Positions 25,549-39,465 of a DNA stretch of 64,000 nucleotides are shown here, piece by piece; the first letter of the stretch is position 1; every line of letters begins with the position of its first letter. Source of the DNA: Chiloscyllium plagiosum (taxonomy: Eukaryota). Under the pieces are notes generated by a model. That model worked only from the letters and a program-made list of their open reading frames with translations. It did not search any database and was not told the DNA's origin. Position numbers and translations under genes: made by a program. The DNA is taken from positions 83,774,624-83,838,623 of the forward strand of contig NC_057718.1 in assembly GCF_004010195.1 (NCBI RefSeq). The letters run 5' to 3'.

Positions 25549-26981
25549 TCTCAAGACCCTTTGAAGGGACTCTCTGTTAATATGTTATATCACTCCTGGA
25601 GCAGGTTGGATTTAAATCCAGGCCTTCTGTTTGAGGGCGAGGCAGTACCTGTGCCCCACAAGAGCCCTCTGGTGCTTCTAATGCTTTCTAATCAACCTGT
25701 TCAGACATCTTTTCAGATACGTATGGAGCAGTTAGGGCTGGCATGTTGGCCTGTTGGCTTAGAGATATGGATATTACCATCTCGCCACAAGAACCGTCAA
25801 TAGTTTCTAATCACGCTGCTAAGAGATAATATAATACACCTCTCTGGAGCAAGTGGGACTTGAACTTTGGCCTCCTGGCTCAGAACTAGAGACACTACTT
25901 CTACCACAAGCCCGAGGTCTCCAGTGTCTGCTTTGGATTAGCCTGACCGCAATCAACTGAGACCATGCTTGATAGATAGCTGGGTGCAAATTGATGCTTT
26001 TGGTCTCCTTGGATATCCTACCAATTGCTTAATATGGAAGAGTAATGTAGATATTGTGTTGTAATGATTGCAATCTTGAAGCTGAACCAAGACTTTGACA
26101 TTAATTCCTGTCTCGTGTGCATGATTTCTGACAAGGTTAATTGGATTGTATCTCGGAACTTGAACCTCCAAGTTGGTTTTATTATCTTTGCCTCAAGTTG
26201 AGCAATGAACTTAATTACAGAGCTGTTTCTTGTATCACAAAGAACATCTGGACTCTGGTAAATAAGAGAAGTGAAAAAGGCATTTGGTATGCTTTCTTTT
26301 ACTGGTCAGTACATCGAGAATAGGAGTTGGGAGGCCATATTGCGGCTATACAGGACATTGGTTAGGCCACTGTCAGAACATCATGTGCAATTCTGGTCTC
26401 TTCCTATCCGAAGCTTGAAAGGATTCAGAAAAGATCTACAAGGATGTTTCCAAGGTTGGAGGGTTTAAGCTATCGAGGGAGGCTGATGGGTGACCTTCTC
26501 GAGGTTTATAAAATCCTGAGGGGCATTGATAGGGTTAATAGATAAGTCGTTTCTTTGGAGTGCCGAAGTACAGAACTCGAGGCCATAGGTTTATGGTGAG
26601 AGGGACAGGATTTAAAGGGGACTTGAGGGCCAACTTTTTCATGCAGAGGGTGGTGCATGTATGGAATGAGCTGCCAGAGGAAGTGGTGGAGGCTGGTATA
26701 ATTGCAGCATTTTTTAAAAACTATTTTTATTGATAAATAGATTTTTTAAAATTCTACAATAAATATAACACAATACAATTTAAAACAATACAAAGAAAGA
26801 ACACCAAAAAAAAACCACCCTCCTCTACAAATGTATAAATATATATACAAAAACCCAACTACTTAACTAAATAAATAATAACTAACAACAAACAAACAGC
26901 CAAGCAAAATGCTACCTCTCTAATATTGAGAGTATTAATTTTCACTTGTTCATACGTTTGCACTTCTCTGTCTCTGGATAT

Positions 26982-28051
26982 TGTCGTCCCATATTTTCCC
27001 CCCTTCATGTGAAGCAAAATGCTTGGAGACACAGTATAGTTTTACCTCATTCATCATTATTCTGGGCCCTGGAGGGAGACAACTTTTGCCCATGTGCACA
27101 GAGACATGAGTTCATGGTCTTCTCTGGAACAGCAGTTTCTCAATGAACAATGTAGTCATTTTACAGGGAGGAACATCCAGACAAGGCAACATACATATTG
27201 ATCGGGTGACTGTTAAAATTAGTGGGTATCAATAGCAGAGACTGAGCCCTTTTACTTTGTTCTTAACCTTGTTCACTAGATTCAAACAATGGATACTTTC
27301 AACCTTTTTTGTTACTTGACCATGCATACTGAATGCTTCCAAATTTGTTAAATGGCTGTGCAGAGGAACCTCGATTTATCCAAATATCAATTTTCCGAAT
27401 TTCGGGTAATCCGAAGGGGACCTTGGGGTCCTGATAGAAACATGACATCAAAGAGCTGTTTCAACCCTGATCAGGTCTTTTGTTTACAGGCATAATGATT
27501 AAAAATGAACTCTACTCACTGAAATGCTGCTGAGGACAGTCCAGGCACTGTCTCTAAATGACTCACCTTCTGCCCTCTCTCTCCCTCTCTCTCTCCCCCT
27601 GCACTTTCGCTGGAGTTCTACTTAGGGGTGAACCCTAAACACCCCTTCCCCAGATATTCTCTACATTTTTGTCCTGGGGTGTGGGGTGGATGGGGTTGGG
27701 GGCTTGCAAGGGGTGGGAGCAGGGGCTCCCGCAAGGTGTGCTGCTGCCTAGTTTCCTGAATGGGAAGCAGACTTAGCAGAAAACTCCGAGCCCCCAAGGA
27801 AATCAATGAACCAAATAATCAATTATCCAAACGAAATAGTGCCCGCTCACCTCGCTCGGATGATCGAAGTTCCTCTGTACATAATGACTGCTTTTCCACC
27901 TTGTTAACCCATTACCCTTGCCTCCAGCATCTCATTGTTAACTAAGTTCTGATTTGATCAGAGTCATGCTCAACTGAACCTCTTGTTTCACAAAACTCAG
28001 AACTTAATTCTTTTTTTTTCCCTGCTTGCATATACCCTATACACATTCTTA
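26982..28051 (-). mobile_element. Solo LTR, family A (copy 1), interrupted by a MITE
   Basis: Collinear with 34362-34875, 47323-47790 and the reverse complement of 59510-60049. Confidence 0.8.
27361..27877. mobile_element. Tc1/mariner-pogo (Tigger-like) MITE
   Basis: TIRs CAGAGGAACCTCGATTTATCC / GGATGATCGAAGTTCCTCTG, flanked by TG / TA. The uninterrupted copy at ~34735 has TA at this position. No transposase. Confidence 0.85.
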
Positions 28052-28859
28052 ATTGGACTCATAAAGCACAATCATTATAGTTACTGCAAGGCCCTTATTA
28101 GTGTGGCAGACAAATGTGTCCAGGTAGTCCAAAAAGATCTGCCATGTCCTATAGACATTCGCAGTACCATACTTGTGAGAAAATCCAAGGGGATATGCTC
28201 CATAATAATCTTTGGCCAACCCAACAGGCCTGGGGGATTTTCGGATACCCAACGTAACAAGATAACTCTTTGTTTGGCAGAAAGTAAGGATGTTGAATAG
28301 TTTTATTTTCTATACGCATCTACAGGGAACATACTGCAGGCCAAGAAGAAGAGAGAGATCGGGTCCTTCTCCAACCTTACACCCAAAATCCCCTCCATTT
28401 CACCCGCCATAGTGCTCTAGTATGTTTGTCTCCGGTCCAGTGGTAGGCTTCAATGAGTAAGAGTGCCCGTGCCAACTTTACACTGGGGAAATGTCGAAGG
28501 TACCCCCCGGTTTAAATTTTGACAGATGATCTAGAGCCAATTGGAGAATCTTCAACTGTGAAGCCTGTGTCCTATTGCAAATTGATACGTTTCTGGCATT
28601 GTCCCAAATATTTTCCCATTTTCTGAGGAGACCTTAATGCCTAGTTCTCTGTCCCACAATTACAGCATTTAAAAGGTATATGAATAGGAAAGATTTAGAG
28701 GGATGTGGGCCAGGTGCTGGCAAATGGGACTAGATTAGGTAAGTATATCTGGTCGTCCTGGGGGAGCTGGACGGAAGGGTCTGTTTCCATGCTGTATATC
28801 TCAATGACTCCTATGACTGGTGGTAGAACAAACTGTGCTGCTGTGCTTGTTTTGCTAGC

Positions 28860-30020
28860 ACAAATGAAAAATGTGCTAATGCTAGGAAATTGAGATTATA
28901 ACAGAAAATGTTGGAAATATTCATGTCAGGCTGCATCTGTGGAGAGAGAAAGTCCATGTTGATAATCTTGAATTTCTTGCAGTTCTGATGCATTAAATAT
29001 TTAAGTAAATAAAGGATGAAAGAAAAGAATCAAAGGGGGAGTGAGTGAATCTTGAAAAGTGGCTGAGATTAAATGATGAGTTGGTGCAGAATTAAAGGGA
29101 GTGCCAGTGTGGGAAGTGAAGAATCAAAAGGCATATCCAGAGGAGATGTGAGTGCCAGAATATTGAACAGCTATAATTTTAAAAAAACAAAATGGGAGGA
29201 AAATTAGAGTAGACTGTCAATTTACAAAGAAAAGGGAAATAAAATGGGGACAAAGATTATAGTCTGGAATTGTTGAACTTTGTGAGTGCTGAATACTGTC
29301 AAGTATCCAAACAAAAGAAGATCTGCTGTTCAACTTAATTTGAGTTTGATTGGAATTGGTGGAGGCTAAGGACAGAGGAGAATTAAAATGGCAGCTGTGC
29401 AGAAGCTCAAGGTCATGTTTGTGGTGGGTGTTCAATAAGGCGGTTTTCCAGTGCATTAGCCTCCACGTAGAGAAGATCATATTGTGAGTAGTGAAAACAG
29501 TACACAAAATTGCAAGACATACTTGTAAATTATTGTTTCACCTAGAAGGAGCTTACTGGTTGAGAAAAGAGGCAAACTGAATGGTGTTGCATCTCTAATG
29601 CTGGCATGAACTGGTGCTGTGGAATGAGGAATGAACCAGTGTATCATTTGAAGCGTTAGTCTGTTTGTTGTCAATTTTTTATTTTTTGCTTACAAAAGGA
29701 GCTTTTAACAAGATTGTTCTTGCCTCCTCAAGATGTAACTTTTTTTCTCTTGCTCCATTACCATGCCTCTTTGACCTGCACCAACCTCATGTATCATTTA
29801 ACCTTTTCCCCTCTTGAATCCACCATTCACCTTTCCTTTTTTTGGAATTCTACTCTTGCTATTCTTACTTAAATTTAAAATCTTGCAACAGTTTCCATCC
29901 TTTCCCAGTTCAATCGAGGATCGTAAGTTGAAGTGTTAACTTTATTTCTCTCCCTTCAAATCTGCATGATATTCAAGTATTTGCAACCATTCTGCTTGTC
30001 TTTGAATTCGTAGTATTGTG
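28860..30020. mobile_element. Old PLE remnant with inverted termini
   Basis: PLE terminus-like sequence at 28870-28990 (minus) and 29890-30010 (plus), with a decayed GIY-YIG-region tract between. Confidence 0.5.
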
Positions 30021-30619
30021 CATTTAGACATGAAGCATGGCAGTTAACCTTTTTTGTCATGATCTTTTAACTCAATTGTCAATTTAGGTTCAAATTTTAG
30101 ATATTTTTAGATATTCAAATTTTAGTATGTTTTAATCATCATTATTTACTGACTTGGAACCATGTCTATGAAATTCTCTGACAACTCGCATGTAGAATAT
30201 CAACATTATGCGGACAAGCACTGTAAGGGAAATCATGTAAGAATTGGGTTGTTAGAGTGCAGAAGGTGGTCATTCAATCTGTTACATATACACTTGCTCA
30301 GAGAATGAGCAATTGACCTGATGCCTCCCTGCATTCTCCCCACAGCCTTGCACGTTTTTCCTTGCAGATAAATTTAATTCTCTTGAATGTCTTGATTGAA
30401 CCTGCGTCTGATGATACAAAAGGCTTCCTTTTACACACATTTGCTCTGCCAGTTTCAAATATTTGTTTGTGTACACCCAGAACCTTGTGCTTCTGCAACC
30501 CCTTTAAATTTGCACCCTTTTTATTAATCTTTCTTCATATTCTTCCCACCAAAATGAATCACTCCACCTTTCTGTGATGAAGTTCGTCTGTCACTTGTCT
30601 ACTCATTTGACCAGCAGCT

Positions 30620-33600
30620 TGAAATCTTTGGAAAAAACTGAATAAATCTGGTTGCATTTTTGGAGAGAAATCAGAGCTAATGTTTTGGGTCCTTCTTCAG
30701 AACTGATAACCAGGAAAAGAGCTGAAGGTGGTGGTGGAGTAAAGAAGTAAATGATAAGTGGAGATGTAGCCTCGAGGGAGTGTAATTACAGTTAGACAGA
30801 TATTTTTAAACCAGTGAAACAGAAAAACTGGTAATGGGGACTATAAGTAGGTGAGAATGGGTTAGCTATGCTGAGAGCAACCCCATGTGATAACAGGACC
30901 AGGGGTTTGGGGTTGGTAAAGGGCATGGACCAAGGTTTTTAGGTCCTCAAATAGTTGAACTTGGTATTAAGTCCTGACTGCTGTGGGATCCCTGAGTAGC
31001 AAATGGATTCTTTTCTTTTGGCTTGTACTTAGCCAGCAAGCCTGTGACAAGATCTTGACCAGGGATAAGGTGGTGTGTGGAAGTGGCAGTTAACTGGAAG
31101 TTACTCTTTTATTTTGTGGACAAGATCTACATATTCTGCAAAGCAGTCAACCAGTATGAACAGCAAATACAATAGATTAGAATGAGTCAAGTGCAGGTAA
31201 ATTGCTGCTTCACCAGGAAGATGTGTCTGGAGTGGAGAGCGTGGTGCAGCACAGCACAACAGTTCAGGTAGCATCCGAGGAGCAGGAAAGTCGACGTTTC
31301 GGGCAAAAGCCCTTTGAGCCTTGACCAATGAGGAGGGAGGAAATAAATGTGCAGGTGTTGCACCTTCTGGGATTGCAAGAGGTGGTGTTTGACGATGCAA
31401 TGGACCAGACCAGATCCTCTTAAAAAATGTGAAGAAGATAGCCTAGACATTAACTTTTTCTCCCTTACTTTAAAGGGAAATGTTAGGTGCTTTGTTGCAG
31501 ATGATTTTGGATTGGTCTGACTACTGGACATTAAGTGAAACACCGTTTATTCCAGCATTACAGTTAAAATAAAACAAGAATATGAAATAACTTAACCCTA
31601 CTGGAACTTAATGGAATAATAGACTAAGTACCTATTACTAATTAACTGTTCCAATATGGTAACATTACATAAACACCTCTTTTGGCAAAAAAAGGCAAAT
31701 TCAGAAAATTGTCTTGCATGCAGTTCAGCAACCCAGGAAGAGAACCTCAGCTTTTGGCTGTAATTGAGAGAGGGCAAAAAATACCTTTCACTTCAAGATC
31801 CCAATAGCAACTGTGGCTGAAAATTACAAATCCCTGATTCTGTGGGTGGGAGCTTGACCGTGCCCATTCAGGCTGCTTCTACTGTTGCATCTTTTTAGAA
31901 GTCAAAGCACCGAAGGCTTCACAAGACCACGATCTTCCCATAGACTGCTTGGCACCTGTCCTTTGTGCACTCTCTCTCGTGTTCACCTGCCCTCGCTCCC
32001 TCTCTCTCTTCTGCTTGCCCGCTGAAAGAAATCAGGTCATAACGCACCTTTTACAGCTACAGCTTTGTCACTAAGGGGAGGAGGCGTGGACTAAGATGTG
32101 GCAGAAGGACAGCCTCTGCAGAATGTTGATAAGGGAAGAGAGGGGAATGTGTCTAGTAATGGCATCCTGCCGCAGGTAGTGGAAATAGTGGCTTATGAGT
32201 TTTTTGGATGTGACTGCTTTTGGGTTGGAAAGTCAAGACCAGGGGATCTTATCAGTGTTGTTGGGAGCTAAGAGAAAGGGCATGGGCAGAATTGTGGGAA
32301 ATAGGTTGGAATCAGCTGAGGGCCCTTTGAAGCAGGTTGAGGAAGAAGATAGGCATTTTCAACACCCACCATTCCCCCCTCTCAGGGAGGTTCATATCAT
32401 CATCGCAACAGGTATGATGGAGATAGAGAAGCTGGGAGAATGGAATTAAGTCTTCACAGGATGTAGACTCCAGGTAACCAGAGTTGTTTGGTTTCTAGTG
32501 GATATCAGTGGTCAGCCTCTTCCCCAGAAATGGAAACCCAGATGTCGAGGAAGGGAAAAGACCGAGATGAACCAGATGTTGGTGTGAGGAGGGTGGAAAT
32601 TGGAAGTGAGATTGATAAACTTTTTTCAATTCCAGAAAAGCAAGTGAACCAGCACCCATTATGTCATTGATGTACAGGAGAAAGTTGTGGGGCTAAGAGA
32701 AAGGGCATGGGCAGAATTGTGGGAAATAGGTTGGAGCAGTGTTGTAACCAGCAATATTCCATACATCCCCCAAAGAGAAGGCATAACTAGAGCCCATGTG
32801 GGTACCTGTGGCCGCACCCTTGATCTGAAGAAAGTGACAGGCATTAAAGGAGAAGTTGTTTGGAGTGAGCGAGTGCTTGACCAGGTGGAGGAGGGTGATA
32901 GTGATTGAGGGTGGTTTGTGCCTTTTTGATCCAGGAATAAATAGACAACCTTTGAAATCATCCTGATTTGGGATGGATGTGTGAAGGGATCACATGTCCA
33001 TGCTGAAAAGGCAGTGACTGCTACCTGCGAACAAGAAATTCTGAAACTGACGCCAACTGTTGGGGAATTACTGATGAAATGTGTTGGGACTGAAAAAGGG
33101 GAGAAAAATTGAGTACCTAGGTCTTCAATTTCCATTCACCAGCATCGTACAGTGAAAGGATCAGAAGCCACCAGCTCTGCCAGCAGGCATAGATTCTCCT
33201 TTCCTCCCTTGTTTGCATTTTGCAGGACCCTTGCCCTCTTGCATACCCTAGTTAATTCCTCCTCCATTCATAAGACTGATTACAGAAAGGTGAAACACCT
33301 GCCCTTTTTACTTCCTCCTTCCTCACTCTTCCAAGGCTCCTGCCACACCTAACAGGAGAAGCAGCAATTTATCTGCACTTGGCCCAATTCACTTTGCTCA
33401 CAATATGGTCTGTATTTTTGGGACACAAAACGTAGACATCTCAATCACTTTGCAGAACACCTGCATTCTGTCCACAAAAGTGACCTTGATCTTCCAGTTG
33501 TTTGCCACCTGAATGCACCACAGTATTCCCGGCCAACATCTGTCTTGGACCAACTGTAGTGCTCCAGCAAGGCTCAGTGCAAGCTGGAAGAATAGCATCT

Positions 33601-34045
33601 TGTTTTCTGGTTGGGGACCCTGTACCTTTTCAGGACTCAATATTGAGTTCAATAATTTCAGGCCCACCCACATCCCTGGCCTATCCACACTGGCTGCTTT
33701 CAGCATGACCAACCCACTTTGACATGCATATGGTCCTCATTATCATCATTTATCCTTGCCTGGCTTAGCGTCATTCTTCAGTTTTCATCTGCTTAACTGT
33801 CTCGCTGTTGTGCTGTGTCTGTCTGTCTCTGTTGTCCACTGGGCTCTACCTCCACCTTTCACTTAGTCTTTTACCTCTACTCTCTGTCATCAGCGTATAT
33901 ACCACATTTTCCTGGCTGAAGTGTCATTGGACCCAAACCATTAGCACTGCTTTCTTTTCATAAATGCTGTCAGACCTGCTCAGTTCCTCCAGCAATTTGT
34001 GTTTTTGTTTCAGATTTGTGTTAGCTGCACTTCTTTTCTTTTATT
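30620..34045. mobile_element. PLE: minus body (~30620-33140) followed by an inverted plus-strand 3' part (~33140-34045)
   Basis: RT tract on minus near 32750-32900 (fragment QVPTWALVMP of a frameshifted G..MG....P motif). Plus-strand GIY-YIG-region tract 33350-33660 resembles the reverse complement of 63260-63540. Confidence 0.75.
31390..32070 (-). mobile_element. Probable solo LTR inside the PLE
   Basis: Starts TGAC and ends GTCA, interrupts collinear PLE sequence, AATAAA on minus near 31547. No TSD found. Confidence 0.45.
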
Positions 34046-34361
34046 ATCACAAGCCTCCAGGCTTGGACTGATGATTGGCAAGTAACATTGATAGCACACA
34101 AGTGCCAGGGAATTACTATATCTAAAAGAGATAATTTAATAATTGCACCTTGATGTTCAAAGGCATTATTGTCACTGAATTACCCACTATCAAAATGCTG
34201 TAGATTACCATTGATTACAAATTGAATGGGGTCAATATTTAAATAAGGTGGCTGCAAGATTAATATATCTGCAGTTAGAAATTCACTTCTGTATTCCCAA
34301 TGTCTATCCACTATCTACATGGTACAAATAAACAGTGTGATGGAATCCTTTCCATTTATCT

Positions 34362-34875
34362 TGTCGTTCTGTTTTCCTCCTCAGTCGAAGCAAAACGCTC
34401 CGAGACACAATATAGTTTTAGCTCCTTCATCTTTATTCCAGTCCCGAGAGGGAGTGAGAACGATTGCCCATGTGTACAGGGACATGAGTTCTCAGTCTTC
34501 TCTCTTGAACAACAGTTTCTTAATGAATTGTATAGTCAATTTACAAGGAGGAGCATTCAGATAAGACAACATACATATTAATTGGCTGACCGTTAGAATC
34601 AGCGAACAACAACAGTAAAGATTAAGCCATAATCAATGTTCTTAACCTTGTTAACTGGGTTCATACAATGGATACTTTTCACCTTGTTAACTGACGTTCC
34701 ATACTGAATGCTACCTCATCTCGTTAAATGGCTGTATGTAATGAATGTTTTTCCACCTTGTTAACCCATTACCCTTGCCTCCAGAATCCTATTGTTAACT
34801 ATATGTTCTTACCTGATCTGAGTCATGCTCAGCTGAACCTCTTGTTTCTCTAAACTCAGAACCTAACTCTTTATG
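34362..34875 (-). mobile_element. Solo LTR, family A (copy 2), inside an old LINE fragment (~34050-35200)
   Basis: Collinear with the other family A copies. AATAAA on minus at ~34432. Right end apparently truncated. Confidence 0.8.
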
Positions 34876-37800
34876 CCTGATGGGTGAGGCTCCAGCAAAA
34901 CGTATGCTCAACTCTATCCAGGACAAAGTATTCTACTTGATTTGTACTGTATCTACTACCTTCAGTGTTCTACTGTTCACCAGCAGTACACAGTGGCAGC
35001 AGTGTGTACCATCCATAGGATGCACTTCAGTAACTTAGCAAGCTTTCTTTCACAGCACAAACCTGTGACCTCAGCCACCTCAAAACAGTGAATTTATGGG
35101 AACACTACGACTTCAAGCCAGGCATCATGCAGACTTAAAAGTATATTGCTCATCCTTTCCACTTGGGTCAAAATCCTCGACGTACTTGGATAACATCACT
35201 CTTGAACAACCTACAATCCAAAGACTATAAGAGTTCAATCAAACTGTTCACCACTGCCTATCTGCAGTTCATCGTGATACCATGTGCCAATTTTGAAATC
35301 ATGCCATGTCCTTCAAGGTCTTGGTCATCAATCTATAATGGGAAGGGCAAGAGTGTCAACAGCAATCACTCGAGAATTCTCAAAACAAACTTTTCTTCCA
35401 GCTCGAAACATCCATTGACCACCTCTCTGAGTGACAGGAGACAATTTAATATCCATGTTGCTCTGACTCTTTTACTTCCAGACCTGTGACTTTGCTCACA
35501 AGTCTTTTGAGGTGGCACTGTAATAAATGCCTTTGGAAATCCATGTACACAATATCAACAGCATTGGCCTCATCGATCCCTTCTTCCGACTTTTCCATTA
35601 GCTATTGTTGATATCTTCACAATTTTTCTTTTATTTTTCTCATTGGGTTTGGAACTGAGAATTGCTGTTGAGAATGGACTGTTGAATAGCATTTGCTTTT
35701 TTTTAAAAGAAAGGTGCTGGCAAAAGTAACTAGATTAGTTCAGGATATCTGCTCAGAATGGACAAGTTGGACCGATGGGTCTGTTTATGTGCTGTACATC
35801 TCTGACTGTGACTCCGAGATACTGAAGCAATCCATGTTCAAATGCAACAAACTCTGAACAAAATCCAGACTTGAGATGACCAATGGCCATTAACATGCAT
35901 GCCACACTAGTGCCAGGCAATGGCCATCACCATAGAAAGATAATTTCATCATTGCACCTTAATGTTTGAGGGTGTTATCATTATTAAATCCCACACTATC
36001 AGCATTCGTGGGGTTGCCAATGACCAGAAACTCAACTGGCCTCGCCATTCAAGAACAGAGGATACAAGAGCGGGATGGAGGCGATGAATACTGTAATGTG
36101 TCCGACTATGACTGCGACAGGGGAATCTCCCTGCTGTCGACTATTGGAAAAGTCATCGTCGAGGTCCTCCTCAACTATCTTCCTGTGGCTGAGAAATTGC
36201 TTCTGTAATTAGTGTGGCTTTTGACCATGAGGGGGCACAACAAATGCTACCTTCACTGCACAACAGCTGCAGGAGAAGTGTAGAGGAAAGAACCTAACCT
36301 TGCACATGTCCTCATTTGAGCTTATAAAAGCCTTTGACACCATCAATTAGCAAGCATTATGGAGCGTCCTTCTCTGCTTTGGTTGCGCCATGAAGTTTGT
36401 CAGCATCCTTCGCCTGCTTCGTGACAAATGGGTTTGCCACTGACCCATTCCTCTTTTGGACTGGTGACCAGCAGGGCTGTGTCATTGAGAACAGTGTTAA
36501 GGCAATCTACCTCATTGCAATGTTTCACTTTACTGCTGATTATAGTTTCACTCCAGCCGGAAACTTAACTTAACTTACAGAACCAATGGGAAAGTATTCA
36601 AGCTACACCACTTTAAAGCCAAAATCAAAGTCACCCCAAACTATTGTCACAAAACTGCGGTATGCAGATGATACTTGCCTTTGTGCGGCCTCACAGAATG
36701 TATTCCAGACTATCATCAGTACCTTGAAGGAGGCATATGAGAGTATTGGTCTCTCCATGAACTTCTGCAAGATTGAAGTCCTCCATCAACCTGGCCCGGC
36801 ATCAACGTCCACAGGGAGGACTTCGAGAATGTTGACCATTTTCAATACTTCGTCCTGTCAGCAAAGTGGCTATTGATGAAGAGATCTCGCTCCACTTCCA
36901 GTGCACAAATGCAGCATTCGGACATCTGAGGGAAAAGGGTGTTTGAGGATAACAAACCATGAACAACAAGATCATGGTTTACAGAGCTATGGTGGTACCG
37001 CCCTCCTAAGTGGCTGAGAGATATGGTGTGTCTACAGCTGATACCTCAAGGCGCTGGCAGTACCTATTGGGAAGAAAGGTGCATCAAATGAGGCAGACAG
37101 TCATAGAGACATACCACACGGAAACAGACCCTTCAGGCCAACTCGTCCATGCTGACCAGATATCCTAATCTAATCTAGTCCCATTTGCCAGCACTTGGCC
37201 CATATCCCTTCCTATTCGTATACCCATCGAGATGCCTTTTTAAATGCTGCAATTCTCCCAGCCTCCTCCACTTACTCTAGCAGCTCATTCCATATGTGCA
37301 CCATCCTCTTGTGAAAATGTTGTCCCTTCGATCCCTTTTTAAATCTTTCCCTTTTCAACCTAAACCTATGCCCTCTAGTTCTGGACTCCCCAATGCCAGG
37401 GAAAAGACTTTGTATATTTATCCTATCCAAGCCCTTCATGACCTTAAACCTCTATAAGGTCACCCCTCGGCTTCCTATGCTCCAGGGAAAACAGTCCCAG
37501 CCTATTTAACCTCTCCCTATAGCTTAAATCCTCCAACCCTAGTAACATCCTTGTAAATCTTTTCTGAACCCTTTCAAGTTTCACAACATCTTTCTGATAG
37601 AAGGGAGACCAGCATTGCTCACAATATGCCAAACTTGGCCCCACCAATGTCCTGTACAGCCGCCAAATGACCTCCCAACTCAATATCCTGACCAATGAAG
37701 GCAAGCATACCAAACGCCACCTTCACTATTCTATCTATCTGCGACTCCACTTTCAAGGAGCAATGAACCTGCACTCCAAGGTCTCTTTGTTCAGCAACAC

Positions 37801-38371
37801 TCCTCAGGAGCTTACCATGAAGTGTATAAGTCCTGTTCTGATTTGCCTTTCCCAAAATGCAGCATCTTGCGTTTATCTAAATTAAACCCCATCTGCCACC
37901 CCTCAGTCCATTGGCCCATCTGATCAAGATCCTGTTGTACTCTGAGGGTACTTTTTTTTTGCTGTCCACTACATCTCCAATTTTGGTGTCATCTGCAAAC
38001 TTACTAATTATACCTTCTATGTTCACATCCAAATCGTTTCTATAAATGATGAAAAGTAGTGGACCGAGCATTGATCCTTGTGACACTGCATTAGTCACAG
38101 GCCTCCAGTCTGAAAAACAACCCTCCACCACCATCTTCTACCTTCAAGCTTGTTCTGTATCCAAATGGCTAGTTCTCCCTGTATTCCATGAGATCTTGCC
38201 TTGCTAACTCGTCTCCCATGGGAAATCTTGTCGAACACCTTACTGAAGTCCATATAGATCACGTCCACTGCTCTGCCCTCATCAATCCTCTTTGTTACTT
38301 CTTCAAAAAACTCAATCAAGTTTGTTAGACATGATTTCCCATGCACAAAGCCATGTGGACTATCCCTAATC

Positions 38372-39465
38372 CCTCCCTCCCCTTCCTAGACCTCTCCATT
38401 TCTATCTCGGGCGACTGACTCAACATGGACATTCACTATAAACCGACCGACTCCCACAGCCACCTAGATTACACCTTCTCCCACCCTGCCCCATGTAAAA
38501 ATGCCATCCCATATTCCCAATTCCTTCGCCTCCGCCGCACATATTCCCAATTCCTTCGCCTCTGCCGCATCTGCTCCCAGCAGGACCAATTCAAATACCG
38601 AATAATCCAGATGGCCTCCTTCTTCAAAGACCGCAATTTCCCCTCAGACATGGTTGATGATGCTCTCCACCACATCTCCTCCACTTCCCGCTCCTCTGCC
38701 CTTGAACCCCACCCCTCCAATTGCCACCAGGACAGAACCCCACTGGTCCTCACCTACCACACCACCAACCTCCAGATACATCGTATCATCCTTCATAATT
38801 TCCGCCACCTCCAAACAGACCCCACCACCAAGGATATATTTCCCTCNNNNNNNNNNNNNNNNNNNNNNNNNNNNNNNNNNNNNNNNNNNNNNNNNNNNNN
38901 NNNNNNNNNNNNNNNNNNNNNNNNNNNNNNNNNNNNNNNNNNNNNNNNNNNNNNNNNNNNNNNNNNNNNNNNNNNNNNNNNNNNNNNNNNNNNNNNNNNN
39001 NNNNNNNNNNNNNNNNNNNNNNNNNNNNNNNNNNNNNNNNNNNNNNNNNNNNNNNNNNNNNNNNNNNNNNNNNNNNNNNNNNNNNNNNNNNNNNNNNNNN
39101 NNNNNNNNNNNNNNNNNNNNNNNNNNNNNNNNNNNNNNNNNNNNNNNNNNNNNNNNNNNNNNNNNNNNNNNNNNNNNNNNNNNNNNNNNNNNNNNNNNNN
39201 NNNNNNNNNNNNNNNNNNNNNNNNNNNNNNNNNNNNNNNNNNNNNNNNNNNNNNNNNNNNNNNNNNNNNNNNNNNNNNNNTGTACCCGAAAGAATAGAAA
39301 TGGCATTCTAGATCCTCAGAAACTATTCTTTCTTCTTTCCTGAAGAAGAGCTTATGCCTGAAACGTCGATTCTCCTGCTCCTTGGATGCTGCCTGACCTG
39401 CTGCGCTTTTCCAGCAACACATTTTTCAGGTCTGATCTCCAGCATCTGCAGTCCTCCCTTTTCTC
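38372..39465 (+). mobile_element. 5'-truncated Penelope-like element inserted in the CR1 (spans the gap)
   Basis: DIHYKPTDSHSHLDYTFSHPAPCKNAIPYSQFLRLRR is the PLE RT thumb. The element ends in a terminus with a hammerhead motif. 12-bp TSD CTATCCCTAATC (38360-38371 / 39466-39477). Confidence 0.9.
38847..39280. other. Assembly gap (N run)
   Basis: Continuous n characters. Confidence 1.

Larger units (their letters stand above)
24905..25920 (-). repeat. Decayed tandem array of ~125 bp units, each with a tRNA-like head
   Basis: Four units share (c)tggagca(g/a)g..gga.tt(g/a)aa..c.ggcct.ctgg...cacaag at ~24911, ~25591, ~25716 and ~25836. On minus they read as A-box-like plus B-box (GTTCAAGTCC at ~25856-25865). 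Confidence 0.6.
26713..28657 (-). mobile_element. 5'-truncated L1 (ORF2 C-terminus + 3'UTR)
   Basis: Minus strand gives WDNARNVSICNRTQASQLKIL...PQCKVGTGTLTH (L1 C-terminal Cys/His region), AATAAA near 26727 and an A-rich end. 13-bp TSD AATT(G/A)CAGCATTT (26700-26712 / 28658-28670). Confidence 0.85.
26265..28815 (+). mobile_element. CR1 3' end split by an L1 insertion (pieces ~26265-26712 and 28658-28815)
   Basis: KKAFGMLSF...LYRTLVRP, and the sequence resumes collinearly after 28658. Confidence 0.88.

Noticed and set aside
38644..39422. Long ORFs of 209-229 aa
   Set aside because: Artefacts of reading through the N gap.
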